Source: Candidatus Omnitrophota bacterium
GTDB lineage: Bacteria > Omnitrophota > Gorgyraeia > 2-01-FULL-45-10
Direction of reading: 5' to 3'
DNA length: 64,000 nucleotides
NCBI GenBank assembly: GCA_026387175.1
Contig: JAPLME010000011.1
Location: 129,856-193,855 of the forward strand
This document shows, piece by piece, positions 30,109-41,424 of this stretch (position 1 is the stretch's first letter; every line of letters begins with the position of its first letter). The notes beneath the pieces are model-generated. The model was not told the DNA's origin, searched no databases, and worked only from the letters and a program-made list of their open reading frames with translations. The translations under genes and the position numbers were made by a program.

Positions 30109-30984
30109 ATGGTTGAATCTACACTGATGAAGAGCTTATTAGAGGCGGGTGTGCATTTCGGACATGAAACTAAGAGGTGGAATCCGAAGATGAAGAAGTA
30201 CATCTTCGGTTCTAAAAACGGGATCTATATAATAGACCTTGAGAAGACCCAAAACCTGATACTGAAAGCCTGCGATTTCCTGAAGAGCATCGCTTCAAGC
30301 GGCGGTTATATACTATTCGTCGGCACCAAGAAGCAGGCGCAGGATATAATAAAAGAAGAGGCCTCCAGATGCGGCATGTTCTATGTGCATCACAGATGGC
30401 TGGGCGGAATGCTTACCAACTTCCAGACGATAAAAAAGAGCATAAAGAGGCTTTTCGATATCGAGAGGATGAAAGAAGACGGCACGATGGCGAAGCTTTC
30501 CAAAAAAGAGGTTTCGGCGCTGAACAAGGAGCTTTTGAAGCTCAATAAGAACCTCGAAGGCATAAGGAATATGGATAAGCTGCCCAAGGCCGTCTTCATG
30601 GTCGATGCTAAGAAAGAGGATATCGCCGTAAAAGAGGCGGTCACTCTTAAGATACCGATAGTGGCTCTCGTGGACACTAACTCCGACCCGGACAATATCA
30701 AATATGTTATACCGGGTAACGACGATGCCATACGTTCGATCAAGCTGGTGACGGGCATCATGGCCGATGCTGTCCTTGCGGGCAAGGAGGCATTCAAGGC
30801 CGGAGTAAAAAAAGCCATAGAAGACGCCGCGGCCGAAGCCGCTGAAGAAGAGGCCGAAGGTGAAGATATAAAAGTCGTCGATGAGAAGGTCGAGGAGATA
30901 GTCGAAGGGGATATAAAACTTAAAGAGGACGAAGAGCTTCCGAAGAATATCCCTATAAAGAAAAAGAAGAAGATTATTAAATAA
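30109..30984 (+). CDS. rpsB: 30S ribosomal protein S2
   Basis: [29 protein letters not shown]; acidic then Lys-rich tail. Confidence 0.98.
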   Translation: MVESTLMKSLLEAGVHFGHETKRWNPKMKKYIFGSKNGIYIIDLEKTQNLILKACDFLKSIASSGGYILFVGTKKQAQDIIKEEASRCGMFYVHHRWLGGMLTNFQTIKKSIKRLFDIERMKEDGTMAKLSKKEVSALNKELLKLNKNLEGIRNMDKLPKAVFMVDAKKEDIAVKEAVTLKIPIVALVDTNSDPDNIKYVIPGNDDAIRSIKLVTGIMADAVLAGKEAFKAGVKKAIEDAAAEAAEEEAEGEDIKVVDEKVEEIVEGDIKLKEDEELPKNIPIKKKKKIIK

Positions 30985-31008
30985 ATTTTGAGGGAGATAT
31001 AGTAATTT

Positions 31009-32345
<1,337 letters not shown>

Positions 32346-32354
32346 GGTGAGGCC

Positions 32355-32912
32355 ATGACAGTTAAAGAAGTTTTGCATGATGCTGAATCGAAAATGAAGA
32401 AGACAGTGGAAGCCACTCAGCGGGATTTTTCGGCGGTAAGGACCGGGAGAGCGTCCAGCGCGCTTGTCGATGGCATAAAGGTCGATTACTACGGAGCTAT
32501 CACGCCTCTAAAGCAGCTGGCGGCGGTGACGACTCCGGATGCGCGCCTGGTGATGATCCAGCCATGGGACAAGAACTCGCTGGTAGATATCGAGAAGGCG
32601 ATCCTGAAGTCCGATTTGGGCATAGCGCCGACCAATGATGGTAAAGTTATAAGATTGGCCATGCCGCCGCTAACTCAGGAAAGACGTTCCGAACTGGATA
32701 AGGTGCTAAAAAAAATAGCCGAGGACGGCCATATATCGATAAGGACCGGAAGGCATGCGGCTCTGGAGACGATCAAGAAACTCGAGAAGGACAAGGCGAT
32801 CACCGAAGATGACAGGTTTAAAGCTCATGAAGATATCCAGAAGCTCACCGATAAATACATCAAAGAGATAGACACGATCCTCGCCGCAAAAGAGAAAGAT
32901 ATCCAGGGATAA
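32355..32912 (+). CDS. frr: Ribosome recycling factor
   Basis: VRTGRAS, VDYYG, PPLTQERR. Confidence 0.98.
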   Translation: MTVKEVLHDAESKMKKTVEATQRDFSAVRTGRASSALVDGIKVDYYGAITPLKQLAAVTTPDARLVMIQPWDKNSLVDIEKAILKSDLGIAPTNDGKVIRLAMPPLTQERRSELDKVLKKIAEDGHISIRTGRHAALETIKKLEKDKAITEDDRFKAHEDIQKLTDKYIKEIDTILAAKEKDIQG

Positions 32913-32932
32913 TTTAATCCCAAAAATCTTTA

Positions 32933-33008
32933 GGGCCGCTAGCTCATCAGGTAGAGCACCACACTTTTAATGTGGTTGTGGCAGGTTCGAGTCCTGCGCG
33001 GCTCACCA
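32933..33008 (+). tRNA. tRNA-Lys (UUU)
   Basis: GGGCCGC acceptor stem, CCACA-CTTTTAA-TGTGG anticodon arm, GTTCGA T-loop, encoded CCA. Confidence 0.96.
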
Positions 33009-33040
33009 TGTTGTAAGGCCATCTGTAGGTAAAACTATAG

Positions 33041-33499
33041 ATGGCCTTTCTTAAAATTTTCAATAGGAAGGAGATCGTGCGAGATACAGCGATATTGATA
33101 ATGATTGTTTTATCATTATTGCTCCCCGGCCCGGCCATGGGAGGCGGGATCGAACATGCCGGCCACGATGGTGATTTTACGCCCGAACCCACCCTGATAT
33201 CCCCCACAACCGAGAAGGTCGACCTGACGGGCAAGACAGGCCTGGAGTTTAAGTGGAGTTCGCATGAGGCCAGGCGCGGATTCAGAAAATATTACGACTT
33301 CAGGTTGTATAAAGGATACGATATGCTGGAAAAGTCACTCCTTATGAAGAAAGAGGTCGATCCGAATACCTATGAGTTCAGCGTAAAGTCGGATACCTTC
33401 AGCGACGGCGAAGTATATACCTGGTCCCTGAGACAGGTCTATGACGGCATGCAGAAGAGCAGACGAAGCACAGCATCCTTTAAGGTGATAAAGAAATAA
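33041..33499 (+). CDS. Hypothetical exported beta-sandwich-like protein
   Basis: Hydrophobic N-terminal segment; PTLISP..FKWS...YTWSLR pattern; start uncertain. Confidence 0.6.
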   Translation: MAFLKIFNRKEIVRDTAILIMIVLSLLLPGPAMGGGIEHAGHDGDFTPEPTLISPTTEKVDLTGKTGLEFKWSSHEARRGFRKYYDFRLYKGYDMLEKSLLMKKEVDPNTYEFSVKSDTFSDGEVYTWSLRQVYDGMQKSRRSTASFKVIKK

Positions 33500-33521
33500 T
33501 TTTCAATCAGAAGGATATAAT

Positions 33522-34253
33522 TTGAAGACATCTTTACAGCGTGTCGATAAGAAAGAATTGCGGCTGAAAGGGATAAAGGAGATCGTCGTATTAGGCGATG
33601 TGGGATGCACCGGTTTTAACGAAGATAGTAAAAAAATATTCGACGAGATATTGCGCATTAAGGCCAGCCTCTTCTTTATCATGGGGGATATCGCGTTTTC
33701 AGGAAAGAATCCGCAATTTGATGAGTTTATAACTTTTTGTAATGAACGCCTGACTGCTCCGGCATTCGCGCTGTGCGGCAACCATGATATTCCGGGTTAT
33801 GCCGGATATTTTGGACGGTCTTCTTACGCTCTCATATTCGATCACGCCGCATGCCTCTTCCTGGATAATTCGAAGGCGCATTTTCAGGAAAGAGATTTGA
33901 AGTTTTTGAAAGAAGAATTAGAAAAATATAAGGAAAAAAGATTTATCATACTTTTTCATATTCCGCCGCCGGTCAGCTTTAACCGCAGCTGTATGGGCGC
34001 CGATGAGTGGGGGAAGTTGCGAAGAGTTCTTGACGCTCATAAAGAAAAGATAGAATGTATTATATGCGCCCATATACACGGGTATTACAATTATCGGCTC
34101 GACGGTTATAATATATTTATCACTGCCGGCGGGGGAGCGGCCATGATTTATGATCTGCCGAGAGAAGAACTTAAGGCGCACAATTATCTTAAGTTATCTC
34201 TCCATGGAGATGCCTCGATAAATATAGCCATAAAAAGAATAGTGAAAGAATAA
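33522..34253 (+). CDS. Calcineurin-like metallophosphoesterase
   Basis: GD, MGD, GNHD, FHIP, AHIH motifs. Confidence 0.85.
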   Translation: MKTSLQRVDKKELRLKGIKEIVVLGDVGCTGFNEDSKKIFDEILRIKASLFFIMGDIAFSGKNPQFDEFITFCNERLTAPAFALCGNHDIPGYAGYFGRSSYALIFDHAACLFLDNSKAHFQERDLKFLKEELEKYKEKRFIILFHIPPPVSFNRSCMGADEWGKLRRVLDAHKEKIECIICAHIHGYYNYRLDGYNIFITAGGGAAMIYDLPREELKAHNYLKLSLHGDASINIAIKRIVKE

Positions 34254-34282
34254 GCAGGCCATGAAGCTCACAGCCTGCTTAT
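34250..34282. terminator. Hairpin after the phosphoesterase gene
   Basis: ATAAGCAGGC...GCCTGCTTAT inverted repeat. Confidence 0.5.
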
Positions 34283-34410
34283 GGTTTAAAAATCTCCCGG
34301 CATTTTGATCAAACGTCAATATTTTACTTTACCCGCCCTCTATGTTATCATATGGCTAGAGGGCGGTTCAATAAGCTAACCTACTGAATATATGCACGCG
34401 GGCATTCATT

Positions 34411-35151
34411 ATGGAAACTACATTAAAGATATCCGGACTAACCGTCTCATACAGCCGCGGCTTTAAAGATAAAAAGACCGTTCTGCGCGGACTGGATCTG
34501 GAGATACATAAGGGAGAGATCTTTGGCCTGCTCGGCCCTAACGGAGCCGGCAAGACGACCCTGATAAAGTCGATAATAGGCCTGATCGGTATCGAGGAAG
34601 GCGCTATCTCGATATTCGGCGGATCTTCGTTCTCCGGAGGCATACGCTCAAAGCTCGGCTATATGCCGGAGGTCGCGAACTATTACTGGTTTATGACACC
34701 GGGGGAAATACTGGGCGCCTTGGGCGCTCTTTCCGGGATGAAGAAAACCTTGCTCAGGGATAAGATAGACAGCACACTGGAACTGGTGGGCCTCAAGACC
34801 GAGCGGGACGATCTTGTCAGCACATTTTCCAAAGGCATGCAGGAACGGCTCAATATCGCGCAGGCGCTTCTGCATGACCCGGAATTCCTGATCCTGGATG
34901 AACCGTTTTCGGGGCTTGACCCGCTGGGCAGGAGCCATACAAGAAATATATTAAAGAAGCTTAAAAAGCAGAATAAGACGATACTCCTGTCGTCGCATGA
35001 ACTTTCGGAAGCTGAACTCATATGCGACACCGTCTGCGTGATGAGAGACGGCAAAGTGTTGAAGCAGGGGCCGTTAAGGAAGCTGCTTGATGAAAAGGGC
35101 GACCACAGCCTGGAGACCTATTTCATGAGGATCATAGGCGAAGATGCGTAA
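34411..35151 (+). CDS. ABC transporter ATP-binding protein
   Basis: GPNGAGKT, FSKGMQER, ILDEPFSGLDP. Confidence 0.93.
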   Translation: METTLKISGLTVSYSRGFKDKKTVLRGLDLEIHKGEIFGLLGPNGAGKTTLIKSIIGLIGIEEGAISIFGGSSFSGGIRSKLGYMPEVANYYWFMTPGEILGALGALSGMKKTLLRDKIDSTLELVGLKTERDDLVSTFSKGMQERLNIAQALLHDPEFLILDEPFSGLDPLGRSHTRNILKKLKKQNKTILLSSHELSEAELICDTVCVMRDGKVLKQGPLRKLLDEKGDHSLETYFMRIIGEDA

Positions 35152-35869
35152 GATCATCATCTTAAGCGGATGCGTAATAAAGGAGCTTTTAAGGCGGAAG
35201 GATTTTTACCTTATATTCGTCCTTCTTATAGTGATGATCATTTACGCGGGCCTGATATCATTCGGCGGAGAACAGGGATTTCAGAGATATTTTAAGGAGA
35301 TAGGGATATCGCTCGCATATATCTTTTCGGTGATAATCGCCGTGACCTTCGCCTCGCGCCAGGTCCCTCAGGAGGTGGAATCGAAGACCATATATCCGAT
35401 CCTGGCTCGCCCTGTTTCGCGCGCCGTATTTTTAATAGGTAAATTTGCGGGCGTTCTACTCGTCTCCGTAATAAGTTTTACGCTATTCTACGCGGTCTTC
35501 ATCGTCTCATCCTTGTTACGGGGCGACTTTTCATCTCCGTCGCTCCTTCTCGCCGAAGGGTATCTTCTGCATATTTTCCTATTGTCATTTTTTACGGCTC
35601 TCACGATATTATTATCGCTCTTCCTAAGCGCCGCCGCGAACGTCGGATTGTCGCTTATCATTTACCTGTCGACCAATTGGTTCGGCGCCTCGCTCCCCGG
35701 ATATATATATCTGCCGCACCCGGAACTATTCGATATAAAAGAGAAGATAGTACATACATGGGACCTTGTGCCAGGATGGGTGCTTCTTTTCCTCGGGGCC
35801 TACGCGGCGATTTACACCTCCATATTTTTATTTTCCGCTTGCCTGGTATTTAAAAAACGGGACCTGTAA
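35144..35869 (+). CDS. ABC-2 type permease (PilI-like)
   Basis: EVESKTIYPILARPVSR..FLIGKF. Confidence 0.85.
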   Translation: MRKIIILSGCVIKELLRRKDFYLIFVLLIVMIIYAGLISFGGEQGFQRYFKEIGISLAYIFSVIIAVTFASRQVPQEVESKTIYPILARPVSRAVFLIGKFAGVLLVSVISFTLFYAVFIVSSLLRGDFSSPSLLLAEGYLLHIFLLSFFTALTILLSLFLSAAANVGLSLIIYLSTNWFGASLPGYIYLPHPELFDIKEKIVHTWDLVPGWVLLFLGAYAAIYTSIFLFSACLVFKKRDL

Positions 35870-36681
35870 TGAGAAGAGCTATGATCCTGCCGATATCTAT
35901 CATTATTCTCTACGTCTCCACCGTACCCCTGAATTACTATTTCCAGCATAATACCCTTCGGACGAATGAAGAGCAGGACATCATAGAGAGAATATTCGGG
36001 GGCTTGAGGGGCGTTATCGGCGACTGGGCCTTTATGAAGGCCGAAGAGTATCACCACCGCGGGCTGCCTTTTCTTAAAGCGATGGCTTATCATGAAAATG
36101 AGTCGCCGTTTACATCGGTGGAAGAGCACCACCATGAAGATGGACGGGCTGGGCTTGCGGTAAAGAAAGATTTCTTCCAGAAGATATATTCCGCGGTAAA
36201 GGTTACAGAGGATTCGCATCTGAAGCCCGCCGAAGAGAAGGAGGCCCTGCCGTGGTTTTACGTGGAGGTGGCGTTCGATCCGAATGATATAAGAGGTTAC
36301 GTGCTCGGCGGTTACTGGCTACAGAGGATGGATAAGCCGCTCGAGAGCATGGACTTTATGAAGAAGGGGCTCAAGGCCAATCCGACGAGCGCCGCGATAT
36401 CCGCCGCCATAGGCAATCTCTATTTCAAGACCGGAAAATCAGGTGACGCTATCACCTATCTCGACAGGGCAAGAAAACTGTGGGCGATGGGGCAATATCC
36501 CAATAATACCAAAGACAGCTATTCTATGAGCGATAGATATTTTGCCCTTGATCTCCTGGGCAGCCTGTATGAAAAAGAGGGAAGGTACGTCGAAGCGCTT
36601 AAAGTGTATAAGGAGATATTCGCTCTCCGGCCGAATAAGGCTATGCTGGAGAAGATAACCAGGTTAAGAAGGCAATTATAG
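35869..36681 (+). CDS. Membrane-anchored His-rich TPR protein
   Basis: N-terminal TM segment, YHH/EEHHH patch, TPR-like helices. Confidence 0.7.
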   Translation: MRRAMILPISIIILYVSTVPLNYYFQHNTLRTNEEQDIIERIFGGLRGVIGDWAFMKAEEYHHRGLPFLKAMAYHENESPFTSVEEHHHEDGRAGLAVKKDFFQKIYSAVKVTEDSHLKPAEEKEALPWFYVEVAFDPNDIRGYVLGGYWLQRMDKPLESMDFMKKGLKANPTSAAISAAIGNLYFKTGKSGDAITYLDRARKLWAMGQYPNNTKDSYSMSDRYFALDLLGSLYEKEGRYVEALKVYKEIFALRPNKAMLEKITRLRRQL

Positions 36682-36682
36682 C

Positions 36683-37594
36683 ATGGAACAAAAAATTAAA
36701 TACGCGATAAAGGCCGCGAGAGCGAATTTTCTTCCCGCCAGCCTGATGCCTTTCCTGATAGGGGCCTTCTACGCGTTCAGGCTGGGCCACAATGTATCCC
36801 CGGCGAGGTTTATCTTGGCGTTTTTAGGCGTCGGTTCCATGCATCTTGCGGGGAATCTCTTTAACGATTATTTCGACTATAAGTCCGGAGCGGATAATAT
36901 GAGCGGCAAAGAGAGCCCGTTTTTCGGCGGCTCAAGGGTTATCCAGAAGGGCCTTTTGAATTCTTCGGATGTCCTGTCGCTCTCGTTATTCTTTACGGCG
37001 CTCGCGTTTTTATGCGGCATGGGTATATACATTATTACGGAGGATCCTGTCTTCCCGCTATTTATGTTAATAGCCGCGATCCTGGCATTCGAATATACGG
37101 CTCCGCCTCTGCGCCTGTCTTATAATAGGCTCGGTGAATTGGATATATTTCTTCTCTTCGGCGTATTACTGGTCATGGGAAGTTTCTATCTATTTACCGG
37201 GACTTTCACGATTGGCGCATTTCTTGTATCGCTGCCGATATCTTTTCTCGTCGGCGCCATCATTGTCTGTAACGAGGTTCCCGACTATCATTCCGACGTA
37301 GCCGCCGGAAAGCATAATCTTGTATATATCGTAGGCCGGGAGAGAGGATATATAATATACGCTTTTCTTATTATCCTTTCCGCCCTGACTCTTATAGTAA
37401 ATGTGTTATCCGGCAATATCCCGCATATCTCAGCTCTCATAATATTATTCTACGCTATAGGCGTAAAGGTCACGCTTATATTGAAAGACAGGGTAAGCGG
37501 CATGAATGACTTTATACATGCCAGCATGCTTACCATAGCGCTTCATACCATTGTAGGAGCCGCGATGATATTGACATTGTTGGTCAAATTATGA
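36683..37594 (+). CDS. UbiA-family prenyltransferase (MenA-like)
   Basis: NLFNDYFDYKSGAD, GGSRVI, YTAPP, NEVPDY.SD...GK. Confidence 0.85.
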   Translation: MEQKIKYAIKAARANFLPASLMPFLIGAFYAFRLGHNVSPARFILAFLGVGSMHLAGNLFNDYFDYKSGADNMSGKESPFFGGSRVIQKGLLNSSDVLSLSLFFTALAFLCGMGIYIITEDPVFPLFMLIAAILAFEYTAPPLRLSYNRLGELDIFLLFGVLLVMGSFYLFTGTFTIGAFLVSLPISFLVGAIIVCNEVPDYHSDVAAGKHNLVYIVGRERGYIIYAFLIILSALTLIVNVLSGNIPHISALIILFYAIGVKVTLILKDRVSGMNDFIHASMLTIALHTIVGAAMILTLLVKL

Positions 37595-38478
37595 AAACCG
37601 CCCGGGCCTTAGGGGCCGTAAATAAAAAGATCAGGGAGATAGTGGATAGAAGGGGTCCCGCTTTGCGGGGCCTGTTCGAGGATGCTTCTCTAGACGCCGG
37701 AAAACGGCTCAGGGCCGGACTATTCTTTAATTTTTCGCAAAGCTACGGAAACGATGCCGTAAAGATAGCTTCGGCGATAGAGCTCCTGCATGCCGCTACT
37801 CTCATCCACGATGACGTCCTGGACGCTTCTCCCATGCGCCGCGGCCGTCAGGCCCTTCATGTAAAGCGGGGAATACCTTTAAGCATCCTTTACGGGGATT
37901 ATCTTTTTTCCGAGAGCTTTTCCATGCTTGCGGAGGCAGGGAACCCCCGCATCTGGGAGGAGATGACGCGCTCACTCTCCGAGACTCTCAAGGGCGAGAT
38001 AGAGGAGCAGTATCGGCGCGGAGATGTATCATTGACCGAGGAAGAATATCTTTCCATAATAGAAAAGAAGTCGGGAACCCTCTTCGGGGCGGCATGTAAA
38101 ACAGGCCTCATCCTGAAGGATAGGGAGAGCCCGCTTGCGGAAAGGGCGTATAAGTTCGGTTTAAAGGTGGGGTCTGCGTATCAGATACTGGATGATTGCA
38201 GCGATTATTTCGGCCATAACGGCGGCAAAGGAAGATTTAACGATTTCAGAGAAGGAGTGATCACCCTTCCGCTTATATATTTACTTAAGAGGTGTTCCAG
38301 AAGCGAAAGAAGTTTTATCATAAAGAAGCTAAAGGGCTCGAAGGCCTGCCCGGCGGACTTTAAGAAGATAAAGGAGCTCATGAAGCGTTACGGGGTTATC
38401 TCCGATTGCTGCGCCCTCGCGCAGGAGATGCTTGATGAGGCGGAAGAAGATAAATTATGCAGAAGAAGAATATTGTAA
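37591..38478 (+). CDS. Polyprenyl diphosphate synthase
   Basis: GKRLR, LIHDDVLD...RRG, YQILDD. Confidence 0.9.
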   Translation: MKTARALGAVNKKIREIVDRRGPALRGLFEDASLDAGKRLRAGLFFNFSQSYGNDAVKIASAIELLHAATLIHDDVLDASPMRRGRQALHVKRGIPLSILYGDYLFSESFSMLAEAGNPRIWEEMTRSLSETLKGEIEEQYRRGDVSLTEEEYLSIIEKKSGTLFGAACKTGLILKDRESPLAERAYKFGLKVGSAYQILDDCSDYFGHNGGKGRFNDFREGVITLPLIYLLKRCSRSERSFIIKKLKGSKACPADFKKIKELMKRYGVISDCCALAQEMLDEAEEDKLCRRRIL

Positions 38479-39662
38479 TAGCGGGAAGCGGGTTCGCAGG
38501 CACCAGCGCCTTTCGCCGCCTGAACAGATATAGGGGCACGCTGGTCAAATACGGCTATGAGATCATCCTTATCGATGAAAAGGATGATTTTGAATTTATC
38601 CCGATGCTGCCCGACCTGATCGGCGGCTGGCTGGATCCCGCAAGGCTGCGGAGCTCTAATAGTGAATTGGCATCGCAGTATGGATGCTCCTTCATAAAGG
38701 GGAGGATCGATGCGCTCGACCCTGAAAGAAAGATGGTCAGCATAGGTGTCCAGAATATAAATTACGAATATCTTATTATATCCACGGGCTCATGCACGAA
38801 TTTTTTCAATAATCAGCTTGTTCAGGCCTCCTGCCGTAAGGTCGATACGATAGCCGACGCGTTAAATATAAAGGAAGAGCTCTCAGCTATCGCCTCGAAG
38901 AAGGGGGAAGTCGATGTCGTTGTGATCGGCGGCGGTTATACGGGTATTGAAAGCGCCACTAATATAAGATGGCTTTTTCGCAGAGAAGGAACGGTGCGCT
39001 GTCATGTGACGATGGTCGAGAAAGCGCCGGATATACTCATGGCTGTCCCTGAATGGATGCGCAAAGAGGCGCACAAAGAGTTGGAAGGCTTGGGAGTCAT
39101 CATGATCTGCGGAGATTCCCTAAAGAGCTATGACGGCCGTACCGTAAACCTTGAATCCGGCCGCTCGATAAAGGCGGATATCTGTTTGTGGACGGCGGGC
39201 GTAAAACTATCGCCTTATCTCGACGGCCTTAAGGCGGAGAAGGAAAGGACCAGGATAAAAGTCACACCTACTCTGAAGATAAAGGAACCAAAGTATGACA
39301 ATATATTTGTAGCGGGAGATACCGCGAATTTTCAGGATAACGATACTGCCCTGGCGATCAGGATGGCGGTCATGTTCTCCATGGGCCAGGGTAAAGTCGC
39401 CGCTGAAAATATCGTAAGATCTATCTCGAATAAACGGCTCATCGAATACAGGGCAGTAGATCTCGGATACCTTATACCGATGGCTCACGGAAAGGCCACG
39501 GGTATAGTGTTGGGTAGGAGGGTTCACGGCCTTTTAGGTTATCTGCTTCACTATTGTATGTGTATCTACAGGTCGGAATGGAAGAATATGTTCGGAATAG
39601 TGAAGGACCTGACAGCGAAAATGGCCGGGTCGGCCGTCAAAAAGAGAGGGAGGGTACAATGA
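38457..39662 (+). CDS. Type II NADH dehydrogenase-like flavoprotein
   Basis: GSGFAG, GGGYTGIE, WTAGV, FVAGD. Confidence 0.8.
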   Translation: MQKKNIVIAGSGFAGTSAFRRLNRYRGTLVKYGYEIILIDEKDDFEFIPMLPDLIGGWLDPARLRSSNSELASQYGCSFIKGRIDALDPERKMVSIGVQNINYEYLIISTGSCTNFFNNQLVQASCRKVDTIADALNIKEELSAIASKKGEVDVVVIGGGYTGIESATNIRWLFRREGTVRCHVTMVEKAPDILMAVPEWMRKEAHKELEGLGVIMICGDSLKSYDGRTVNLESGRSIKADICLWTAGVKLSPYLDGLKAEKERTRIKVTPTLKIKEPKYDNIFVAGDTANFQDNDTALAIRMAVMFSMGQGKVAAENIVRSISNKRLIEYRAVDLGYLIPMAHGKATGIVLGRRVHGLLGYLLHYCMCIYRSEWKNMFGIVKDLTAKMAGSAVKKRGRVQ

Positions 39663-40063
39663 GCGCTTTATCTGATATAGCTATTCTCTTATTGAGGATC
39701 GGTATAGGCGTTATATTCATCGGGCATGGCATGCAGAAGACATTTGGAGCCTTCGGGGGTCAGGGAGTCCAGGGCCTCGTCGGAATGGTGCAAAGCCTGG
39801 GTTTCAATCCGCCGATCGTCTGGGCGTGGATTCTCGCGCTCTCGGAGTTATCGGGAGGTATATTCACGCTGCTCGGGGTATTGCCGAGAGTAGGAGCGGC
39901 TTTAATAAGCATATCAATGATCGTGGCCATAGTGAAGGTCCACGGCCCGAAGGGGCTATTCGCCGCGCAGGGAGGTTTCGAATACCCGTTCCTGATACTC
40001 ATGGTGACGCTCTCTCTCGTAATAACGGGCGCCGGCAAGTTTTCGATATTCAATAAATTCTAA
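39659..40063 (+). CDS. DoxX family membrane protein
   Basis: LLRIGIG..FIGHG.QK, GGFEYP; start ATG 39659. Confidence 0.9.
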   Translation: MSALSDIAILLLRIGIGVIFIGHGMQKTFGAFGGQGVQGLVGMVQSLGFNPPIVWAWILALSELSGGIFTLLGVLPRVGAALISISMIVAIVKVHGPKGLFAAQGGFEYPFLILMVTLSLVITGAGKFSIFNKF

Positions 40064-40074
40064 GGCTTCCATAA

Positions 40075-41100
40075 ATGACAAAGACTAAGATAATATGCAC
40101 CTTAGGTCCCGCCTCAAGTAAGGCGGGCGTTCTACTGAAGATGATGCGTGCCGGGATGGATGTGGTGAGGCTGAATTTTTCTCACGGCAGCCTACCGGAA
40201 CATCTGTCGCGGATACGCCTGGTAAGGGAACTTAATAGGAAATATCGCCGGCATATAAGGATATTGGGAGATCTGGAGGGCTATCGCATACGTCTCGGCA
40301 GGCTTAAAGGCGGCAAGCCCATTCAGATAAAGAAAGCCCAGACCATCTGGTTGACCCAGGAGAATATATTAGGAGAAGGCGATCTAATACCATTCGATTA
40401 TGTGGGCTCTTTAAATAGGATAGGAAAGGGCCAGCATATCTATATCGATGACGGTAATATTGCTCTTATGGCCGAGATTTGCGAAAAGAATAGGCTGAAG
40501 ACGAAGGTAATAATCCCGGGGGTGCTTAAGGAGCATAAGGGTGTTAATATGCCGGATGTCCGGATCGATTTTAAGGGACTCACTTCGAAGGATAAAGCGC
40601 ATCTCGATTTTTGTGTGGAGAATAAGATCGATTTTATCGCCCAGTCTTTTGTGAGAAGCGCGGACGACATTCTCGCCTTAAGGCAATATCTTAAAAGTAA
40701 CTCCAATAAGTTCCGAATTATCGCGAAGATAGAGAATTGGGAAGGCATCAGGAATATCGATAAGATAATCGATGTCTGCGAAGGGATCATGGTCGCAAGA
40801 GGCGATATGGGTGTCTCCATTCCGATATACGAAGTGCCCATAATGCAGAAAGAGATAATAAAAAGGTGCAACAGGATGAAGAAATTTGTGATCACCGCTA
40901 CGCAGATGCTTGAGAGCATGACCGAAAACCGTCGTCCTACGAGAGCTGAGGTCTCCGACGTCGCTAACGCCATATTGGACGGCTCGGACTACGTGATGCT
41001 CTCCGGGGAAACCGCCGTCGGCTTATATCCGTCGGAATGTGTTGACATGATGAACAAAATAATCACTTTCACCGAGAAGCACCAAATTAGTAAGGCTTGA
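40075..41100 (+). CDS. pyk: Pyruvate kinase lacking the C-terminal regulatory domain
   Basis: [45 protein letters not shown]. Confidence 0.95.
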   Translation: MTKTKIICTLGPASSKAGVLLKMMRAGMDVVRLNFSHGSLPEHLSRIRLVRELNRKYRRHIRILGDLEGYRIRLGRLKGGKPIQIKKAQTIWLTQENILGEGDLIPFDYVGSLNRIGKGQHIYIDDGNIALMAEICEKNRLKTKVIIPGVLKEHKGVNMPDVRIDFKGLTSKDKAHLDFCVENKIDFIAQSFVRSADDILALRQYLKSNSNKFRIIAKIENWEGIRNIDKIIDVCEGIMVARGDMGVSIPIYEVPIMQKEIIKRCNRMKKFVITATQMLESMTENRRPTRAEVSDVANAILDGSDYVMLSGETAVGLYPSECVDMMNKIITFTEKHQISKA

Positions 41101-41125
41101 CATCGGCCCATCCGCGATTTATACT
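41097..41125 (+). promoter_or_regulatory. Sigma70 promoter upstream of the TPP riboswitch
   Basis: TTGACA-17 bp-TATACT. Confidence 0.7.
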
Positions 41126-41154
41126 GATTACTGTAGATGGTTAATATCTGATCT

Positions 41155-41250
41155 ATGACATATAGGGGAGGTCGCGTTACGGCCTGAGAGTTCCGCTAGA
41201 GCGGATTACCCGATGAACCTGACCTGGATAATGCCAGCGTAGGGAGTAGA
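41155..41250 (+). promoter_or_regulatory. TPP riboswitch
   Basis: AGGGG...CTGAGA...ACCC..GAACCTGA.CTGGATAATGCCAGCGTAGGGA consensus upstream of thi4. Confidence 0.93.
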
Positions 41251-41262
41251 AGTAATTTTATA

Positions 41263-41296
41263 TACCCTTGTGCTCACGGCATGGGGGTTTTTTATT
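41263..41296 (+). terminator. Riboswitch expression-platform terminator
   Basis: ACCCTTGTGC-loop-GCATGGGGGT followed by a U-tract. Confidence 0.75.
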
Positions 41297-41311
41297 GCAT
41301 CAAACCAAAAG

Positions 41312-41415
41312 GCCGATGTCAGAGACATCGGCACTTAGCCTGTAATGCGGCTGAATAAACTAGGCCGATATCAGAGATATCGGCACTTAGCCGACAATAT
41401 GGCTGAATAAACTAG
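41312..41415 (+). repeat. Two tandem 52-nt double-hairpin units
   Basis: 41312-41363 and 41364-41415, with a compensatory G-C to A-T change. Confidence 0.85.
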
Positions 41416-41424
41416 GAGGCAGGC

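Noticed and set aside
32933-33008. tRNA-Lys as an island integration site
   Set aside because: No integrase and no duplicated tRNA 3' end noticed in the window.
41312-41415. Possible mini-CRISPR array
   Set aside because: Only two abutting units, no spacers of proper length and no cas genes.
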